Source: a virus
IMG/VR virus record: IMGVR_UViG_3300043640_000025
Coordinates: 1-47,507 of that record
Strand: one strand, 5' to 3'
DNA: 47,507 nt
Under the pieces are notes generated by a model. It saw only the letters and a program-made list of their open reading frames with translations. It searched no databases and was not told the origin of the DNA. Positions 43,227-47,507 of this stretch are shown here, one piece after another (position 1 is the stretch's first letter; every line of letters begins with the position of its first letter). The position numbers were made by a program, and so were the translations under genes.

Positions 43227-43694
43227 CTACCTCAATGCTTGTAAGTGGTCGGAGAGCTTTCCCCATGAGAGAGGGATAACCCCCGCCTCTTCGCAGGCCA
43301 TCTCGATCATGCCGTCAGCGGCGGCGTCGCCAACCGACGTCCACAGAAGGGCTCGGCGAACCTTGCGTACCGTTCCCTTGAGCGACAACTGAGTCGCGTA
43401 GAGTCCGGCTTGACCGATACCGGCAATGACGTGCGTATAGCCCTTGGTGCCGTCCTTGACCTCAACTACCGTGGCTGAGCCGTCGAGGTGGAACATGACC
43501 ACGTCGGCACGACCATAAGCAAAGGCCATCTCAGTCCGGATCGTGTCCTCGGTGGAAGCAAACGGCATCCGGTCATCAAGGCCTGAAGGAACCTGATGAC
43601 AGGTAACGAACAGGTAGACGATGGCTCGCTCACCACCAAGGCTAAGGGCCGTGTCGGCGAGGACGCTTCGGGTTTCGGCGCTCGCCTCGATCAC
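43227..43694 (-). CDS. PD-(D/E)xK nuclease-fold protein
   Basis: 155 aa. GRADVVMFHLDGSATVVEVKDG gives D...E-V-K. ATGA-coupled to the o-spanin stop. Confidence 0.45.
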   Translation of the reverse strand: MIEASAETRSVLADTALSLGGERAIVYLFVTCHQVPSGLDDRMPFASTEDTIRTEMAFAYGRADVVMFHLDGSATVVEVKDGTKGYTHVIAGIGQAGLYATQLSLKGTVRKVRRALLWTSVGDAAADGMIEMACEEAGVIPLSWGKLSDHLQALR

Positions 43695-43966
43695 GGCTGA
43701 CCCTCTCCCAGCTTCCGAAGCGCCGCCTTATCGGCGTTGCATGCCTCAAGCGAGGCCCTGCGCTCCCGGGCAACCCGGATGGCCTCACCGACACTCATGG
43801 TCTTCGGCATCGCGATCGGGCAATCCTTGGTCAGCTCGTCCGGGATCGGCACGTACTGGGGGACGGCGACCCGCACGACCTTGGGCACGACGACCGGCGC
43901 GGGCGTGGTGGCACAGGCGGCCAGCACAGCCAGCATGAGAATCAGTAGCCAGCGAGCGACGGACAT
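43691..43966 (-). CDS. o-spanin (outer-membrane lipoprotein)
   Basis: Lipobox LAAC after a signal sequence, Pro-rich mature N-terminus. Overlaps the i-spanin gene by 25 nt. Confidence 0.8.
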   Translation of the reverse strand: MSVARWLLILMLAVLAACATTPAPVVVPKVVRVAVPQYVPIPDELTKDCPIAMPKTMSVGEAIRVARERRASLEACNADKAALRKLGEGQP

Positions 43967-44313
43967 ACGTTGGCCTCCATGAGCGCCTTACAGTCGGGCG
44001 CCTTGAGTGCTTCGGCGTACTTCTTCTGCCATGCGGCCAGGCTCTTGCCGGCGTCAGTCTTCACCTTGGCCGATGCCAGGATGGCGGCTTGCGCCATGCC
44101 CTGCTGGTCCTTGAACTTGGCCACGGCCACGTCGGTGGCGTTGTTGGCCTCGCTCAATGCTGCGGCGCAGGCGGTCGATTGCTGGACCGCCATGGCACTC
44201 ACTGATTGGGCGGTAGCAACCTCGCCTTTCAGGTGATCGACATACAGCCAAGCGCCAACCACCGCCAAGGCGATCAGCAGCACGGCAATAGCGATCTGGT
44301 AGAGCTTGGTCAC
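43942..44313 (-). CDS. i-spanin
   Basis: N-terminal transmembrane helix IAIAVLLIALAVVGAWL, then a helical periplasmic domain. Confidence 0.75.
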   Translation of the reverse strand: MTKLYQIAIAVLLIALAVVGAWLYVDHLKGEVATAQSVSAMAVQQSTACAAALSEANNATDVAVAKFKDQQGMAQAAILASAKVKTDAGKSLAAWQKKYAEALKAPDCKALMEANVCPSLAGY

Positions 44314-44591
44314 ATCGGTGGCTCGAGCGGGTCACGGCGGTCGTTGACCGGAAGCGCCTGGCGCTCTTCGGTCTTGGGCTTCTGGGCCACTACCCGACTG
44401 ACACCAGCGGCACCGCCCGAGAGCAACGCACCGGCAACCAGGGAGCCTTTGACCCATCCCGGTACGGAGGGAAGCCAGTCGGCCGGCAGCCAGGCATAGG
44501 CCAGCGCGGCGCTCGAGCAGAAGGTCGAGATGATGGTCCAGCGCATGGACCACCACCGCTTCCACTCGCGCCAGTCTTCGACGAGATTCAT
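44310..44591 (-). CDS. Holin/antiholin candidate (two transmembrane helices)
   Basis: 93 aa, hydrophobic segments WTIISTFCSSAALAYAWL and SLVAGALLSGGAAGV, charged C-terminus. In the lysis cassette. Confidence 0.6.
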   Translation of the reverse strand: MNLVEDWREWKRWWSMRWTIISTFCSSAALAYAWLPADWLPSVPGWVKGSLVAGALLSGGAAGVSRVVAQKPKTEERQALPVNDRRDPLEPPM

Positions 44592-44890
44592 CGCAACCTC
44601 CGAACCTGTTCCAGATCAGTGACCCGACGTGCGGTGTCGTCCACCCTTACCTTCAGGGTGGCGACGTCGCTATTCAGTTGGGGAATTGCCGCAATGACGC
44701 CGGCATTGGCCGCCTGCATACCTTCGATCTGGGTCTGAAGGCGGACAATCGCCCTGGTTTGGTCCGTCTGATTGTTGATCGACCAGAGGATACCGGCGAG
44801 GATCAATCCCTCAAGGATCACTCGGACGGACTGCCAGTTGCGGTTCTCTTGGCGCTGCATGCCTTCGGTCATCGTGCCGTCCTGATTCAC
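44588..44890 (-). CDS. Membrane protein of the lysis cassette (holin/lysis regulator candidate)
   Basis: 100 aa with one transmembrane helix (VILEGLILAGILWSI) plus a coiled coil. Confidence 0.5.
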   Translation of the reverse strand: MNQDGTMTEGMQRQENRNWQSVRVILEGLILAGILWSINNQTDQTRAIVRLQTQIEGMQAANAGVIAAIPQLNSDVATLKVRVDDTARRVTDLEQVRRLR

Positions 44891-45522
44891 GCGACCAATG
44901 CCGCTGCGTTGTAAGTCTTCACCGTCGCCAAGGGGCTAGACGGCGCGGTAGTGGCGCGGCTCATAGCCATGGCGTAAGCGCGATCAATGACGCCCGTATC
45001 GTCCATCTGCGGACCTGGCTTCGAGCCGAGGACGCGGCGCGTCCAGCCATTACCGAAGTCCACGAAAGTAGGCAGGGACCGGAGGAACGACATTCGGGCA
45101 TTGCACATCGCGTCGGACAGGGCAGTCGGTCCATAGCTGGCCTTGTATCTCAAAGCCGAGGCTATCGTCACTGACCCGACGTGACCGTCCTGCACGGACC
45201 CCACGATGCTCTGAAGCACCTTGGATGCCCTCGATACGCCGGAGTTAACCGCGAAGTCGAAGACCGCATAGTCGGCACCAGCCGGGAGGTCATCTGCCCG
45301 CACCAGGTCCCAGTAACGCCACCTGTAGATGGCTTGAAGCTCAGCATCGGTAATCAGCTTGACCGATCGCCGCGGGAGTCCGCGCTGATCTCGGTCGTCG
45401 TCGTATACCGCCTGGGTGACACCGCGCATCGTCGCTCCGCCCGGGTCCCTTGGGTTATCAGACCAGCCACCCTCGTAGACCAGCGTCAGATTGAGGCTGG
45501 GGGCGAAGTTTGAGGCGGTCAT
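44887..45522 (-). CDS. Endolysin (GH108 N-domain plus PG_binding_3)
   Basis: YEGGWSDNPRDPGGATMRGVTQ is the GH108 signature. Confidence 0.85.
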   Translation of the reverse strand: MTASNFAPSLNLTLVYEGGWSDNPRDPGGATMRGVTQAVYDDDRDQRGLPRRSVKLITDAELQAIYRWRYWDLVRADDLPAGADYAVFDFAVNSGVSRASKVLQSIVGSVQDGHVGSVTIASALRYKASYGPTALSDAMCNARMSFLRSLPTFVDFGNGWTRRVLGSKPGPQMDDTGVIDRAYAMAMSRATTAPSSPLATVKTYNAAALVA

Positions 45523-45607
45523 GGCTCATTTCATGCTTGACGTGCGCAGTCGCAAATTTGCGAATACGCTCCGCTTGCCCAGTTGCGGGCGCTAAGGGGA
45601 GTGAGGC

Positions 45608-45733
45608 ATGGCCACTAAGAAACAGGCTGCATACCACTACATTTATCGCGACGCCAAGACAGGAAAGCTCGTCACTAAGGAGTACGCGGCGAAACATCCA
45701 GCCACAACAGTGAGGGAACGAGTCCCGAACTAA
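45608..45733 (+). CDS. Small conserved-looking ORF (41 aa), opposite strand
   Basis: AAGGGGAG RBS. MATKKQAAYHYIYRDAKTGKLVTKEYAAKHPATTVRERVPN. Followed by a strong hairpin. Confidence 0.45.
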   Translation: MATKKQAAYHYIYRDAKTGKLVTKEYAAKHPATTVRERVPN

Positions 45734-45750
45734 GCCTCATGGAAACGCGA

Positions 45751-45775
45751 AAGCCCCGCTTTTTGGGCGGGGCTT
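45751..45775. terminator. 9-bp GC-rich hairpin between convergent genes (possible bidirectional terminator)
   Basis: aagccccgc-tttttgg-gcggggctt. There is no clean U-tract on either side. Confidence 0.4.
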
Positions 45776-45839
45776 CGCTTGGTGGTCAGTTTGACTAGGC
45801 GCGAGTTTGACCGATAAAAGTCTAGACGCAAGTACTATT

Positions 45840-46565
45840 TTACGCCGCGCGCGAATGGAGAATCTCTGCCAACCGCGTAATACCCTTCGGAGTCACACGT
45901 ACACGCTCGACCGATTTCTCGGTTCCATCCAGGCGCAGCACGACTACGATCTTGTGAGTGAGCAGGCCGGCCTTGGTTTTGTCGCTGTATGCCAGCCAGT
46001 CGCCGCCCTGATGCTTGTAGATCCAGCCGCGGGCGTGCATGGCCTGGATGAACTTCCGCTCCGGGACGTTGCATGCCTTTGCCGCTTCGCGAAGACTGAA
46101 AGATCCCTCCGAGTCAGATAGGCGCGTCAAGGCAACCACCTTCGGCCCCATCTCAGCCACCTGCCCTTCCAGCTTCTTGTTCTCGTCGGCCAGGTCGGCA
46201 GCAAGACGCAATGCCTCCGGCAAGGATTGAGGAATGGCGAAGGCTGGGGCAGCGGCCTTGTGCGCCAGATCGTAGAAGGCGTGGACGAGTCGACGCTTGA
46301 ATGCGCGGATGACCTCGGTATTCCGGAGATAGGTCATAAGGAGTGTGGCCTGTTGCTCGTTCAGCACGGCGAACTCAACATTTCCGCCGCCATGCTGCCC
46401 CTCTGGCCTTGGTCGGATTTCAAATCTGACCAAGCCGAAGGAATCGAAATCGTCCAAATAAGTACGGACCAATTTGATGACACTGGCATGTTCGTTCTCT
46501 GTACCCTCGGCAATCGCCAAGGAATCGGTGAACGGCGCACCATTCCGCAGAGTGACGAGATTCAT
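45840..46565 (-). CDS. Antirepressor (Rha N-domain plus KilAC/Ant C-domain)
   Basis: FTDSLAIAEGTENEHASVIKLVRTY is Rha-like. The C-terminal half LREAAKACNVPERKFIQAMHARGWIY is KilAC-like. Confidence 0.75.
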   Translation of the reverse strand: MNLVTLRNGAPFTDSLAIAEGTENEHASVIKLVRTYLDDFDSFGLVRFEIRPRPEGQHGGGNVEFAVLNEQQATLLMTYLRNTEVIRAFKRRLVHAFYDLAHKAAAPAFAIPQSLPEALRLAADLADENKKLEGQVAEMGPKVVALTRLSDSEGSFSLREAAKACNVPERKFIQAMHARGWIYKHQGGDWLAYSDKTKAGLLTHKIVVVLRLDGTEKSVERVRVTPKGITRLAEILHSRAA

Positions 46566-46972
46566 GCCTCCACCCTCCCGCCAAGGTCCCGCAGACGGCT
46601 GACCAGTACGCGATTTCGCTCGTAAGCGGCTTCCAATTGAGCGCGGAGGCGTGCATTTTCGGCATCACCCTTGATCTGGTCGCTCGAGATGGCCTGTCTC
46701 ACGTCCGCGTAGATGGCGTCGACGTCCGCGATCATGGCGATGTTCTTCGCCGTCTGCCTGGACTGCTCGTCCATATCTCGACCGGTGAGGACCTTTGCCC
46801 GCCAACAGACCTCGTCGAGGCGAGTCCAGAGATTCATGAATAGCTCGCGGATCGCATCGATACTAGGCGGAGCCCGGTTTTCGCTGGCGGCAAAGCCGAT
46901 CCACGCGATATCCGATGCTGGCCGATGGTTGCCCGTGTTGACGGCGGACATGGCTTGGGTGACAATTTCCAT
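46562..46972 (-). CDS. Hypothetical protein, translationally coupled to the antirepressor
   Basis: 136 aa. GCAGGAG SD 6 nt upstream. ATGA overlap with the antirepressor start. Confidence 0.6.
   Translation of the reverse strand: MEIVTQAMSAVNTGNHRPASDIAWIGFAASENRAPPSIDAIRELFMNLWTRLDEVCWRAKVLTGRDMDEQSRQTAKNIAMIADVDAIYADVRQAISSDQIKGDAENARLRAQLEAAYERNRVLVSRLRDLGGRVEA
46938..46966 (+). promoter_or_regulatory. Candidate antisense promoter (Psar-like)
   Basis: TTGACG - 17 nt - GACAAT on the plus strand, inside the 5' end of the minus-strand gene. Confidence 0.4.
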
Positions 46973-47032
46973 TAGAAACTCCTGCTAAGGGTTTTTTGTA
47001 ATCCGACCCGGCGCGCCAACGCCGGGTTTTTT
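46973..47032 (+). ncRNA. Candidate ~60-nt antisense RNA (sar-like)
   Basis: Bounded by the promoter above and a plus-strand terminator: cccggcg-cgccaa-cgccggg (47007-47026) plus T6 (47027-47032). Complementary to the SD and the 5' edge of the start codon of 46562..46972. Confidence 0.4.
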
Positions 47033-47043
47033 ATGCCTGTCGT

Positions 47044-47223
47044 TCAGGCCTTGATTGCTCGGTTATCCCGCAACCCGAGAGCCGCTTTGAGCCGGTCATT
47101 AATGACCCAGTTCAAGCTTCTGTCTTCTTGTTTTGCCACTTCAGCGGCCCTCACTCGAACTTCGTCGTCCATCCTCAGCGGATAGGGGGCTGGCTGTTTA
47201 CGGCTTGATTTTTCCTCACTCAT
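47044..47223 (-). CDS. Arc-family ribbon-helix-helix repressor (59 aa)
   Basis: PYPLRMDDEVRVRAAEVAKQEDRSLNWVINDRL aligns with the P22 Arc/Mnt motif F.(F/L)R.P.E....L...A..NGRS.NSE. GGAG SD. The track ORF to 47340 is too long. Confidence 0.7.
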   Translation of the reverse strand: MSEEKSSRKQPAPYPLRMDDEVRVRAAEVAKQEDRSLNWVINDRLKAALGLRDNRAIKA

Positions 47224-47250
47224 GGCTGTCTCCAAGAATCTAGACTCTAT

Positions 47251-47277
47251 TTGACGCCCACATGATGTGGATGTCAA
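47251..47277. promoter_or_regulatory. 27-bp palindromic operator candidate with divergent -35 boxes
   Basis: TTGAC-gc-CCACAT-g-ATGTGG-at-GTCAA. Minus-strand promoter TTGACA (47277-47272) - 17 nt - TCAAAT (47254-47249) points at the arc-like gene. Confidence 0.5.
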
Positions 47278-47322
47278 GTGGATTCTTTGAATAGCATCAT
47301 GGTGACGTCCACAATCTCCCGC

Positions 47323-47507
47323 ATGAGTGATCGTCACCAAATCAAGCCCTACCCACTCCGTCTACCAGAGGACTTAAGGGGGTCTCTGGAAGCTTCGGCT
47401 GGTCGTGTCGGCCGAAGCCTGCATGCCGAAATCGTCTCTCGCCTACAGGAAAGCTTCGCGCCTCTTGAAGTTGCCCGACCGCAAGAAGCCATGCACATGG
47501 TCGAGGT
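47323..47507 (+). CDS. Mnt/Arc-family RHH repressor, 5' part (continues at 3..245)
   Basis: MSDRHQIKPYPLRLPEDLRGSLEASAGRVGRSLHAEIVSRLQESF. Divergent from the arc-like gene. No SD. TTGAAT (47287) - 17 nt - CACAAT (47310) would give a near-leaderless mRNA. Confidence 0.6.
   Translation, partial: MSDRHQIKPYPLRLPEDLRGSLEASAGRVGRSLHAEIVSRLQESFAPLEVARPQEAMHMVE
47381..47507. repeat. Terminal direct repeat, copy 2 (identical to 1-127)
   Basis: See copy 1. Confidence 0.95.

Noticed and set aside
45788-45822. Short direct repeats AGTTTGAC x2, and a TCTAGACGC 9-mer shared with 19804-19812.
   Set aside because: Matches of 8-9 nt at this frequency are expected by chance in 95 kb of two-strand sequence. 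There is no supporting structure.

Overview
This window is a complete temperate phage genome with a contractile tail, not a chromosomal segment. Bases 1-127 recur exactly at 47381-47507, so the unique sequence is 47,380 bp and the record is circular or terminally redundant.

The layout is lambdoid.
- Immunity: a CI-type S24 repressor (6974-7642, +) diverges from a Cro/YdaS-like gene (6684-6902, -). A shared 14-bp operator palindrome lies between them and recurs at 8203-8238 in front of the rightward early operon.
- Leftward early operon (6.9 kb down to 0.24 kb, minus strand): small regulators, a replisome organizer with iteron-like repeats, a DNA methyltransferase, NinB, an HNH-AP2 endonuclease, a YbcO-like protein, a VRR-NUC protein and a Q-like protein.
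- Rightward early operon (8.3-19.6 kb, plus strand): small proteins, a very regular pentapeptide-repeat protein, RecT, a YqaJ-type exonuclease with a long C-terminal extension, SSB, an AT-richer island with a second DNA methyltransferase, Xis and a tyrosine integrase. It ends at an attP that is the 3' half of tRNA-Phe(GAA).
- Late genes (47.2 kb down to 20.9 kb, minus strand): a P22 immI-like Mnt/Arc/antirepressor module, then lysis (GH108 endolysin, two membrane proteins, overlapping i/o-spanins), a PD-(D/E)xK protein, TerS/TerL, portal, MuF-like protein, scaffold, cement and major capsid proteins, connectors, sheath/tube, G/GT chaperones with a -1 frameshift, tape measure, baseplate, tail fibre and its chaperone.
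- Opposite-strand inserts (morons): a Rap1a-like periplasmic protein behind cI, a secreted protein inside the baseplate operon, a 41-aa ORF, and a CmcI-type SAM methyltransferase next to attP.

No rRNA gene, full tRNA gene, CRISPR array or transposon was seen. All functional calls rest on motifs I recognise in the translations, plus gene order and start/stop geometry. No database search was run.
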